A stretch of 64,000 nucleotides of DNA from an uncultured bacterium (GTDB lineage: Bacteria; Actinomycetota; Acidimicrobiia; Spongiisociales; UBA5794), in contig CAWDDT010000009.1 in NCBI GenBank assembly GCA_963801165.1, positions 160,001-224,000 of the forward strand, in the 5' to 3' direction. The position numbers and the translations under genes are program-made. Below the pieces are notes generated by a model. The model saw nothing but the letters and a program-made list of their open reading frames with translations. It ran no database searches and was not told where the DNA came from. Positions 55,750 through 64,000 of the stretch are shown here, one piece after another. The number at the start of each line of letters is the position of its first letter. The first letter of the stretch is position 1.

Positions 55750-56907
55750 TTGAGTAGCACGGGTGGGTATGCCCGCATAGTCGTCGACGAGCTCACCAAG
55801 GTGTACGAGCCGTCGCCGCTCTGGATGCGGGCGTTGGTCAGAACAAACATCAAAGAGCCGGTCCACGCGCTCAATGGAGTCAGCTTCACCGTGGGCACAG
55901 GCGAAATTGTCGCTGTTGTCGGGCCGAACGGCGCGGGGAAGACGACAACCTTCAAGATACTGGTGGGCTTGACGACACCGACAGCGGGCTCGGCCAGCGT
56001 GATGGGATTCGACTCCATAAGGGAATCAGTCGAAGTGAGACGATCGATTGGTTGGATGCCCGGCGATCATCGCAGCTTGCTGATGCGACACTCCGTCATC
56101 GAGAACCTGAGGTTCCATGGCCGATTGCAGGGCATGTCCGGGCAGCCGCTGATCCGGAAGATCCGAGAGACCCTGGAGATGGTCGGGCTGGAAAGGCGTG
56201 CTCGGAGCAACGGGTTCTCGCTGTCGGCGGGAATGCTGGCCCGGCTGCAACTCGCCAGGGCTCTCCTTCACGACCCGGAGATCCTCATTCTCGATGAGCC
56301 GACTGGTGCCGTCGACCCGGTCGCCGCGCATGACCTCATCCAGTTGATCAAAGAGATCGTTGCCGAGAGGGGTATGGCGGCGCTGATCAGCTCGCACCGT
56401 CTGGAAGAGATCGAGACTCTGGACTCGCGCGTGCTGTTGCTCGACCACGGGCGGATTCGCTACGACGGGCGTCTCGACGAACTGCGCCGTATCTGGGACA
56501 AGCCCACTCTTCAGATCGGCTTCCGTTCCACCGCCAGTGCCGACGCAGCAGCACAGACCTTGAAGGAGGCCGGTTTCGCCAGCGTGAGTCGCAAGGACGG
56601 CTCGGTGACCTTCCCCTTGGAGAGCGGAGTCTCCCATGCCGACGTGCTCGCCCGGCTGCGCGGCCAAATCGAGGATATGACCGATCTGAGCGAGTCCCAC
56701 CGACCGCTGCAGACGGTGCTCGCCGAGCTCTATCGCACCGACCCCGAGGGCAGTGAAGGCGGCGGCCCGACCGGCGCACAGCCCGGCAACAGCGGTCAGG
56801 TGTCACCGGTCTCGAGAAGGGAGCGGGCCCGACCGGCCGATCTCCGGGGCGACGAGGGCGCGGCGGATCCAGCGTCTGTAGAAGGCGGCGAGGAGGTAGA
56901 GCGATGA
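55750..56907 (+). CDS. ABC transporter ATP-binding protein (ABC-2/DrrA type)
   Basis: 'GPNGAGKTT', signature 'LSAGM', 'ILILDEPT', 'SSH'. Confidence 0.92.
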   Translation: MSSTGGYARIVVDELTKVYEPSPLWMRALVRTNIKEPVHALNGVSFTVGTGEIVAVVGPNGAGKTTTFKILVGLTTPTAGSASVMGFDSIRESVEVRRSIGWMPGDHRSLLMRHSVIENLRFHGRLQGMSGQPLIRKIRETLEMVGLERRARSNGFSLSAGMLARLQLARALLHDPEILILDEPTGAVDPVAAHDLIQLIKEIVAERGMAALISSHRLEEIETLDSRVLLLDHGRIRYDGRLDELRRIWDKPTLQIGFRSTASADAAAQTLKEAGFASVSRKDGSVTFPLESGVSHADVLARLRGQIEDMTDLSESHRPLQTVLAELYRTDPEGSEGGGPTGAQPGNSGQVSPVSRRERARPADLRGDEGAADPASVEGGEEVER

Positions 56908-57737
56908 GCACCCGCAAGACACAAATGAGCACGCGTCAAGCCGTGGTCGCTACAGCCACCGCGTTCTTCCGGGTCGATGTGATCGAGGAAGCCAACTACC
57001 CGATCTCGTTTGCGATGCGTCTGCTCGGCGTGGTCGCACCGCTGATCCCGTTCTTCTTCATAAGCAAGCTCGTGGGCAACTCACCCGAGGTGGGTGGGGA
57101 CTACCTGACCTTCACCGTGATCGGTCTGGCCATGACTGCTCTTCTGACGGCCGCCATGGTCGGCTTCGGAAACACCCTCCAGCAGTCCTTCCAACGGGGA
57201 ACCATGGAGACCTTCCTGATCGAACCGGTTCCGTGGACCGCCATCCCGCTCGCGATGAACCAATGGCAGGTGATGAACGGGCTCATCTACACGGTGCTCC
57301 TGATGGGTGCCGGATGGGTCCTCGGCGCCCACTATCAGCTGGGCGGCGTCGGGGCCGCAATCCTGATCGCCCTGCTCGGAATCACAGCCGGTCTGGCGAT
57401 CGGGATCGTGTCCGCTGCGGTGCTGTTGCTGACGTTGAAGTCGACCCCGGTGATTCGGATATATGACATCGCTGCTTCGCTGCTCGCCGGGAGCCTGTTC
57501 TCGGTGGCGCAGCTTCCGGGGTGGGCCCAGGCGCTCAGTGTGGTGTTGCCGCATACCTACGTGATCAACGGGGTACGGACGGCGCTGATGGCGGACCCGG
57601 GGTCGTACGAGATCTCGTTGACCCGAGCGGTCGTTTCACTCGGGGTCTTCGATGTGGTCGTCTTCGCTTTCGGGATCTGGCTGTGGCGCCGAACCCTCGA
57701 GTACTCGAGGAAGATCGGCCTCCTGGGTGGGTACTGA
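56904..57737 (+). CDS. ABC-2 type permease
   Basis: Six TM, 'QRGTMETFL', 'LPGWAQALSVVLPHTYVINGVR'. Confidence 0.9.
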   Translation: MSTRKTQMSTRQAVVATATAFFRVDVIEEANYPISFAMRLLGVVAPLIPFFFISKLVGNSPEVGGDYLTFTVIGLAMTALLTAAMVGFGNTLQQSFQRGTMETFLIEPVPWTAIPLAMNQWQVMNGLIYTVLLMGAGWVLGAHYQLGGVGAAILIALLGITAGLAIGIVSAAVLLLTLKSTPVIRIYDIAASLLAGSLFSVAQLPGWAQALSVVLPHTYVINGVRTALMADPGSYEISLTRAVVSLGVFDVVVFAFGIWLWRRTLEYSRKIGLLGGY

Positions 57738-58847
57738 GCCGCGCGACACCGTCCTGTTCGTCTCGCTGCCGCAGGCGATCGGCGGCAGCAACCGCAGTCT
57801 GGTCACGCTGCTCGAGACGATCGAGGGCAAGGTCCGGCGGGTGCTTGCCTCGCCTCGCCCCGGGGCATTTGCCGACTTAGCGGCCGAGCGGAATGCGTTC
57901 GACGAATGGTTCGACCTCGCCAAAAAGGGTCGGCTCGGTCGGGTGCGCCGGCTGTGGGATGGGCTCCAGCTCGCGGTCTGGGCATTCCGCAACCGGGCGC
58001 GGCTGGCGGCGATACATGCGAACGCTATCACCGGTCTCAACGCGGTGGCCCTCGCCGCAATCGTGTCCCGGCGCCCGGTGGTCGCTTGGATTCACGACCC
58101 GGTCTCGACCCCGTGGAGCCGTAGGCTCGGGCCGTGGGTGCGCAGGCTGATTGCCGACCTTCGCATAACCGCGGTGTCCCCAACCGCTGAGGCGGTGGCG
58201 GTCGAAAGCGGTCTATGCGACCGCGGTACCGCGATCATCGTCCCCAATCCGCTCGACCCCAAGGACGTCGTCTTCACGAAACCGGAATATCACGAGGGTG
58301 TGACCATCGCCGTGCTGGGGGGCTCCACGAACCGCAAAGGCTTCGACCTGATTCCCGCGGTCGTCCGTGAGGTCGACGATCTGGCAGTGCAGTGGCGGCT
58401 GTACATCAAGCACGCCCCGACGCCCGAGAACGAGGATGTCTGGGCGCAGCTCGACGCCATGGGTTCCGTCTCGGTACCCGGGCGGATCTCCGATGTACGT
58501 CAAGCCTACGCAGGCGCCGATATCGTCTTTGTTCCTTCGCGGGAGGAGTCGTTCTGCCGGATCGCGGCGGAGGCTATGACCAACGGCGTCCCGGTGGTGG
58601 CCAGCGATATCCCTCCGCTGCGTTATCTGCTGGGCGACGGTGCGGGGCTGTTGTTTCCGGTTGCCGACGTCAAAGCTGCTGCTGCGGCGCTACGTGTGTT
58701 CGTCACCGATGCAGACGTCAGGCGCCACGCCGGCGCCATCGGCGTCGAGCGCGCCGCCAATTTCCAGCCGGACGGAGTGGCCGCCCAGATGCTCGAGCTA
58801 TATCGGTTGCCCCGGCGATCAAGACGCACCGGGGAAGTGACCACCTG
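57727..58847 (+). CDS. Glycosyltransferase family 4
   Basis: 'IGGSNRSL', 'RKGFD', 'PSREESFCRIAAEAMTNGVPVVASDIP'. Confidence 0.9.
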
Positions 58848-58886
58848 AGCCGCGCACTGCTTCGAGCCCCGTTCAGGGTATCCCGG

Positions 58887-59495
58887 CTACTCGCTCAAGC
58901 TGAACGGCGGATACACGTCCGTGATGCTGAGTATCCAGGCCTGAGCCCGCGTTGACCACCTGATGGCGCCGACGGTGAAATCGAAGATACCCCGCGGGTA
59001 CTCCCCGGTGAAAGCGATGATCCAAAAGGCGATCCAAGCGGCGATCCCGGCGACGATCTGCACGAAATAGAGCAGGAACAGGTGGGGTATGAGCAGAAGA
59101 GCCTTGAGGAAGAACACGACGCCTGTCCACGCCAGACCCCTGCTCCGCACCAGCGTCGGTTCAGTCACTACCACCTTCGCCTGATACTCCGGCTGCTGCA
59201 TTGCGAAGGCAGGGTATTCGTCACGCCACGACGCCATCCAGGCGGTGGTGCGCGTTGTCCATCCGAGGTAGTTGTGCACGTACCGGGCGATCCCCTCCGG
59301 GAGGTTGCCGGTGAGGGCGATTGCCCAGTACCCGAACCAGGTGGCAAAGAACGCACCGATCCCGACGAAGTAGAGGATGAAGAAGTGGGGGATCGCCAGC
59401 AGCGCCTTTATCGGAAACAGGATGCCGCATACAGCCAGACCCCTGCTACGTTGCCCGTCCCCATAGTCCACTTCCACGTTTACCGGATACGCCAT
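58887..59495 (-). CDS. DUF4389 domain membrane protein (two internal repeats)
   Basis: Duplicated 'RSRGLA...KALL.IPH.F.LY...W....TG..P..I...W.TR..AW...D.YP.F'. Confidence 0.88.
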   Translation of the reverse strand: MAYPVNVEVDYGDGQRSRGLAVCGILFPIKALLAIPHFFILYFVGIGAFFATWFGYWAIALTGNLPEGIARYVHNYLGWTTRTTAWMASWRDEYPAFAMQQPEYQAKVVVTEPTLVRSRGLAWTGVVFFLKALLLIPHLFLLYFVQIVAGIAAWIAFWIIAFTGEYPRGIFDFTVGAIRWSTRAQAWILSITDVYPPFSLSE

Positions 59496-59549
59496 AACAA
59501 TTCCCCAATCGTCGGTTGACCAGACGATACCGGACGTGGGCCTCCGGCA

Positions 59550-60203
59550 CTACCCGAACCGGTAGCCGACGCTGCGGACGGTGGTTATCCACGAGGCCCG
59601 TTCCTCGCCCAGCTTGGCCCGGAGCCGGCGGATGTGGACGTCGACGGTCCGGGAGCCGCCGAAGTAGTCATAGCCCCAGACCCGGTTGAGGATCTGATCA
59701 CGGCTCCATACCCGGGCGGGGTTCTCCACCAGGAAGCGCAACAACTCGTACTCCATGAAGGTCAGGTCACGGAAATCGCCGCCGACGGTGGCCTGGTAGG
59801 TAGCGGTGTTGAGCTCGAGATCGCGGAACCGGATGATCTCCTCCTCGGTTATCGACGTATTGACAGCATGTAGCCGCCCCAGCCTCACCCTGAGCTCGGT
59901 GCGGTCAACCGGCGAGAGGATGAAGTCGGTGAACCCGGTCTCCCCGGCGATGTCGGCCGTCATGGTTCTGTCGATCAGCAGCAAGACGGGTAGCCCGTAC
60001 TCGTCTGTGATCTTGGTGGCCATCGCCAGCGATCGGCCCAGATCCGAAGTGACCTCCACGACCGCAGCCGTCCAGCCACCTTTGGGGATGCGATCCTCGA
60101 TGTCTGAGATGGTTTCGATCGGCACCGGCTGGTACCCAGCGTCCAGCAAGCCGGCAATCAGCGGCTGGGTGGGCGACGCCGGGTAGACCGCGAGGAACAT
60201 CAC
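59550..60203 (-). CDS. glnR: GlnR-like OmpR-family nitrogen regulator
   Basis: Atypical receiver; 'LTFMEYELLRFL', 'VWGYDYFGGSRTVDVHIRRLRAKLG', 'ITTVRSVGYRF'; start overlaps glnA stop. Confidence 0.85.
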   Translation of the reverse strand: MMFLAVYPASPTQPLIAGLLDAGYQPVPIETISDIEDRIPKGGWTAAVVEVTSDLGRSLAMATKITDEYGLPVLLLIDRTMTADIAGETGFTDFILSPVDRTELRVRLGRLHAVNTSITEEEIIRFRDLELNTATYQATVGGDFRDLTFMEYELLRFLVENPARVWSRDQILNRVWGYDYFGGSRTVDVHIRRLRAKLGEERASWITTVRSVGYRFG

Positions 60204-61483
60204 AACACCGGAAGGTACTGCTCTAATTCGAACCGTGAGACATGGTGCTCATAACGTTGCCACTCCAGTCTCTTGTTGCGCAAGAACCAATCGAAGACAT
60301 GCGTGCCGAGTGCGTCCTTGACCAGCGACGACGACTCCATGGCATCGAGAGCCTCTGCCAGGCTGGTCGGCAACCGTTCCGCATGGGTGTCGTCCCGGAG
60401 CTTGTAGCCCTTCTCGATTCCCTCGAGCCCTGCCGCCAGGATCACCGACAGTGCTAGATACGGGTTGCACGCCGGGTCGGGTGCCCGGTACTCGATGCGG
60501 GTTGCGCCGGGTCGGTCGGTTCCGGTGCTCGGCACCCGGACCACGGCGGCCTGGTTGGTGCGGTCCCAGGTCGACAGCACCGGGGCGTCGAATCCGCTGA
60601 CAAGCCGTTTGTACGAGTTGACCCACTGGTTGGTGACTGCGGTGATCTCCCGGCCGTGGCGGATCAGCCCCGCTATGAACGCTCGCGCCACATCCGACAG
60701 ATTATCGGCCCGACCGGCGTCGTAGAAGGCGTTGTCGTCGCCCTGGAACAGGGACAGGTGGAGATGCAACCCGGAGCCGTCGTGACCCTCGAGTGGCTTG
60801 GGCATGAACGTCGCGTAGATGCCGTGCTCCATGGCCACCTCTTTGATGGCGAGCCGGGTGGTGACCAGATTGTCGGCCATCGTCAGGGCGTCGGTATGCC
60901 GCAGGTCGATCTCGTGCTGGCTCGGCGAGACCTCGTGGTGTGACGACTCGACCGGGATGCCGAGCCGCTCGAGCGCCATGATGGTGCTACGTCGGTATTC
61001 CTGGGCGACATCGAGGGGGGTGAGGTCGAAGTACCCGCCCCGGTCGAGGATCTTTGGCTCGGTCCCGCTGTCGGCGAAGTAGAAGTACTCGACCTCGGGC
61101 CCGACATAGAACGTGAAGCCGTGGTTGCGGGCTCGATTGAGGTTACGGCGCAGAACCAGGCGCGGGTCACCCGAGAACGGCTTGCCGTCGGGACGCACGA
61201 TGTCGCAGAACATCCGTGCCGCCCCGACGTTGCCGTGGCGCCACGGAAGGATCTGAAACGTGGTCGGATCGGGTTTGGCGAGCATGTCGGATTCCTGGTC
61301 ACGGGAGAACCCGTCGATGGAGGATCCGTCGAACCGCATGCCGTGGGCAAACGCCGTTTCGAGCTCGGCCGGGGTTATCGCAAAGGACTTGAGCAGTCCG
61401 AGGACATCTGTGAACCACAGCCTGATGAAGCGCACGCCGCGCTCCTCGACGGTTCTCAGTACGTAATCCTCTTGCCTGGCCAT
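60200..61483 (-). CDS. glnA: Glutamine synthetase type I-alpha (actinobacterial GlnA2-like)
   Basis: 'EDYVLRTVEERGVRFIRLWFTDVLG', 'FDGSSIDGF', 'HHEVSPSQHEIDLR', 'TFMPKP', 'RIEYRAPDPACNPYL'. Confidence 0.93.
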   Translation of the reverse strand: MARQEDYVLRTVEERGVRFIRLWFTDVLGLLKSFAITPAELETAFAHGMRFDGSSIDGFSRDQESDMLAKPDPTTFQILPWRHGNVGAARMFCDIVRPDGKPFSGDPRLVLRRNLNRARNHGFTFYVGPEVEYFYFADSGTEPKILDRGGYFDLTPLDVAQEYRRSTIMALERLGIPVESSHHEVSPSQHEIDLRHTDALTMADNLVTTRLAIKEVAMEHGIYATFMPKPLEGHDGSGLHLHLSLFQGDDNAFYDAGRADNLSDVARAFIAGLIRHGREITAVTNQWVNSYKRLVSGFDAPVLSTWDRTNQAAVVRVPSTGTDRPGATRIEYRAPDPACNPYLALSVILAAGLEGIEKGYKLRDDTHAERLPTSLAEALDAMESSSLVKDALGTHVFDWFLRNKRLEWQRYEHHVSRFELEQYLPVL

Positions 61484-61551
61484 GTTCGGTTCACCTCCAG
61501 GGGGGCGATGGTAAGCCAGATTTCCCGGTATTGACAGTCGAAAGGCCATCC

Positions 61552-61589
61552 GAAACACAGTGTTCACATTCCTGTTACTCGAAGGAAAC
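61552..61589 (+). promoter_or_regulatory. Four phased GlnR boxes between glnA2-glnR and glnII
   Basis: GAAAC-n6-TTCAC-n6-GTTAC-n6-GAAAC, 11-bp periodicity, matching the gTnAc-n6-GaAAc GlnR consensus. Confidence 0.82.
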
Positions 61590-61657
61590 CATCAATTGGG
61601 ATACTTGTCTCCGAGCACCGGTCCCCCGGTGCGTTGTCATGACCAAGGAGCTCAGGA

Positions 61658-62665
61658 ATGGTTTACAGAGCCGAGTACATCTGGATCGACGGTCAGCAGC
61701 CGACCGCAAAGCTGCGATCGAAGACCAAGGTCATCGCCGATGGGGAAGAGCCACCGATCTGGGGATTTGACGGCTCGAGCACCGAGCAGGCGGTCGGCAG
61801 CTCGTCCGACTGTGTGCTGCGGCCGGTGCGTGTTGTCCCCGATCCAATCCGCGGCGGCGACAACAAGCTCGTGATGACCGAGGTGCTCAACACCGACATG
61901 ACTCCGCACGAGACCAACACTCGTGCCAGGTGTTCCGAGGTCGCCGAGAAGTACGCTTCTTTCGAGCCGTGGTTCGGTATCGAGCAGGAGTACACATTCT
62001 TCAAGGACGGGCGTCCCCACGGGTGGCCGGCCGGTGGCTACCCGGCCCCGCAGGGCGGCTACTACTGCGGTGTCGGCGCAGACGAGATCTGGGGCCGCGA
62101 CGTCGTCGAGGCGCACACCGACGCCTGTATCGCCGCGGGTATCACCATCTCCGGTACCAACGCTGAAGTCATGATCGGGCAGTGGGAGTTCCAGATCGGC
62201 CCGGGTGATGCCCTGCAAGTATCGGATGAGCTGTGGCTTGCCCGCTGGTTGCTGTACCGGATCGCCGAGGACTTCGACATCTCGGCGCACCTCATGCCAA
62301 AGCCGGTGGCGGGTGACTGGAACGGAGCCGGTGCTCACACCAACTTCTCCACCAAGCAGATGCGAGAGAGCTACGACCCGATCATCGCCGCTTGCGAAGC
62401 TCTGGGGAAGAAGGCGGACTACCACATCAAGCAATATGGAGCAGGCATCGAGACGCGGCTCACCGGTCTTCACGAGACCGCTCCATGGACCGAGTACAAC
62501 TACGGGGTCTCCGATCGAGGTGCTTCGGTACGTATCCCATGGCAGGTCGCCCGCGACGGCAAGGGCTACATCGAGGACCGCCGTCCCAACGCCAACATGG
62601 ATCCGTACATCGTCACGGCCCTGGTCACCGAGACGGTGTGCAGCGACGCTGTATCGAGCGGCTGA
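61658..62665 (+). CDS. glnII: Glutamine synthetase type II
   Basis: 'AEYIWIDG', 'LRSKTK', 'WGFDGSST', 'WFGIEQEY', 'NAEVMIGQWEFQIG', 'DWNGAGAHTNFST', 'RLTGLHET', 'GYIEDRRP'. Confidence 0.96.
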   Translation: MVYRAEYIWIDGQQPTAKLRSKTKVIADGEEPPIWGFDGSSTEQAVGSSSDCVLRPVRVVPDPIRGGDNKLVMTEVLNTDMTPHETNTRARCSEVAEKYASFEPWFGIEQEYTFFKDGRPHGWPAGGYPAPQGGYYCGVGADEIWGRDVVEAHTDACIAAGITISGTNAEVMIGQWEFQIGPGDALQVSDELWLARWLLYRIAEDFDISAHLMPKPVAGDWNGAGAHTNFSTKQMRESYDPIIAACEALGKKADYHIKQYGAGIETRLTGLHETAPWTEYNYGVSDRGASVRIPWQVARDGKGYIEDRRPNANMDPYIVTALVTETVCSDAVSSG

Positions 62666-62711
62666 GCCGTGCCGTAGCCGATCGCGCCGGGTCCTCATCC
62701 GGTGGATGGGA

Positions 62712-62742
62712 GAAGGGTGAAACCATTACGGTTTCACCCTTC
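62712..62742. terminator. Strong hairpin between convergent glnII and downstream gene
   Basis: GAAGGGTGAAACC-attac-GGTTTCACCCTTC, perfect 13-bp stem. Confidence 0.7.
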
Positions 62743-62808
62743 CTCGCGTTCGCGTGGATACCCGGGTCCGACAACCCGCAACAGTGGATTGAGCCGTCCG
62801 CGCGGGTT

Positions 62809-63405
62809 CTACCCGCCCGAGTCTGCGGGTGCCGTGGCCGCCTGCTTGGCGGCATCGATCTCCTGGGCGAACGTTGCCGTTGCGGTCTTGAAGTCCTCGA
62901 GCGAGCTGAGCCTCTTGTCCGGGCCCGGGGTGTTGGTCAAACCATCGAACATGGCATCTGCAGCAGCTTTCATAGCGGCGGCCGCAGTCATGACATCGGC
63001 CCACTTGTCTTCTGCCCCGGTTGGTACGTTCACGGCCACGACGCTGTCGTCGAAGTCGCTCGCGTCGGTGCGCAGGCTGCTCAGACCGTCCCGAGCGGCC
63101 TGGTAGTCATTGCTGGTGTCGTAGTCGTCGTTGACGGTCTGGGCACGATCGCTCAACTCCGTTGCCTGGCCGGCAAGGGCTTCGGCGGTTGTGACGAACG
63201 TGACTATTTCGGGCGCCAGCGTCGTGGTAGTTGTGGTTTCCTCTTCGGGGGCCGTCGTTGTGGTTCGGCCACCGGCTGCGCTGGTGGTCGGCGTTGGTGT
63301 CTCGGCAGGCGGGAGGTTGTTCACAAAGGTGTATGTGAACGCCACAAGTGCCAGGACAACCAGTGGCAGAATCCAGCGGCCGTGTTTTGGGTCTTCCTTG
63401 CTCAC
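62809..63405 (-). CDS. Hypothetical membrane-anchored helical protein
   Basis: 'SKEDPKHGRWILPLVVLALVAFTYTFVNNLP', Thr-rich linker, Ala/Asp-rich helices. Confidence 0.7.
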   Translation of the reverse strand: MSKEDPKHGRWILPLVVLALVAFTYTFVNNLPPAETPTPTTSAAGGRTTTTAPEEETTTTTTLAPEIVTFVTTAEALAGQATELSDRAQTVNDDYDTSNDYQAARDGLSSLRTDASDFDDSVVAVNVPTGAEDKWADVMTAAAAMKAAADAMFDGLTNTPGPDKRLSSLEDFKTATATFAQEIDAAKQAATAPADSGG

Positions 63406-63472
63406 CGGCGCAAAGATAGTCCTTCCCGGCATCTGTGCCATTTCATGTCGGTTGTGGCGTTACTCTGCGGCC

Positions 63473-64000
63473 ATGGAACTCGAGGGACGTGTTGCACTCG
63501 TGACCGGCGCCGGACGCCGGGTGGGCAGGGCATTGGCGCTCGGCCTGGCCCGTGCCGGTGCGGACGTCTTCGTGCACTACAACGTCTCCGCGGAGCCGGC
63601 CCGAGCCGTTGCGGCCGAGATCGAGGCGATGGGCCGCCGGGCAGCGGTGGGGTCGGTCGATCTGGCTGATCCGGGCCAGACGGCCCGTCTGGTCTCCATG
63701 GCGGCGGAGGCGTTGGGCGAGGTTTCGATCCTGGTCAACTCGGCCTCACTGTTTGCCACGGACACCCTGGACGACGTGACGGTCGAGGGATGGCGGCGTA
63801 GCCAGGATCTGACGTTGGCCGCTCCTGTGTTTCTCACCCAGGCGTTTGCCGCGGCATTGGATGACAAGACGGGAGGTGCGGTACTCAACATCACCGATGT
63901 GCGTACCGCGTATCCATACCGGAAGCACTTCTCCTACGTGGTCGCCAAGGGGGGCCTCGACACGTTCACCAGGGCGGCGGCTTTGGCGCTCGCGCCGATG
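63473..64000 (+). CDS. SDR oxidoreductase, pteridine reductase (PTR1/FolM)-like; 3'-truncated by window
   Basis: 'MELEGRVALVTGAGRRVGRAL', 'VHYN', 'LVNSAS', 'NITD', 'YVVAK'; absent from ORF track because there is no stop in the window. Confidence 0.85.
   Translation, partial: MELEGRVALVTGAGRRVGRALALGLARAGADVFVHYNVSAEPARAVAAEIEAMGRRAAVGSVDLADPGQTARLVSMAAEALGEVSILVNSASLFATDTLDDVTVEGWRRSQDLTLAAPVFLTQAFAAALDDKTGGAVLNITDVRTAYPYRKHFSYVVAKGGLDTFTRAAALALAPM

Noticed and set aside
1540-63669. Many long overlapping or antisense ORFs in the track (e.g. 1540-2700, 4887-5981, 35061-36500, 41276-42337, 62392-63669) and long N-terminal extensions (769-2520, 5920-7809, 33006-34925)
   Set aside because: Shadow frames typical of high-GC DNA; Arg/Pro/Gly-rich, motif-free and overlapping well-supported genes

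Overview
High-GC genomic DNA, most consistent with an Actinomycetota of the Acidimicrobiia type (WhiB, GlnR, glnA2-type GSI, GSII, GCNPP..FCP-type SLH repeats). No mobile element, rRNA or CRISPR array was seen. 1-20 kb is mostly housekeeping: tRNA-Pro(CGG), CNNM/TlyC, NfeD, WhiB, selB-selA, FxsA-NUDIX-MBL-M23, an XRE operon, Mrp/IscA, RidA, a frameshifted ALDH7 and a compact leuS preceded by a Leu leader-peptide attenuator. About 20.5-58.8 kb is a surface-glycan locus (GT4s, WecA-like, PglF/CapD, Wzc-like, Wzy-like, deacetylase, GNATs, five sulfotransferases, ABC-2 exporter, SLH proteins). It also carries the PltF/PltL/PltE-like triad for proline -> pyrrolyl-2-carbonyl-S-carrier with no PKS/NRPS assembly line in the window, two degenerate alpha/beta-hydrolases, a duplicated 'SGNH-like + lipoyl-like domain lacking the DKA lysine' module and three differently anchored secreted SGNH-like proteins. 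The best candidate for a new system is a carrier-protein pathway that acylates (probably pyrrolylates) a sulfated cell-surface glycan. 59-64 kb is a nitrogen cluster (glnR-glnA2 divergent from glnII with phased GlnR boxes). All family calls were made by eye from motifs; no database search was run.
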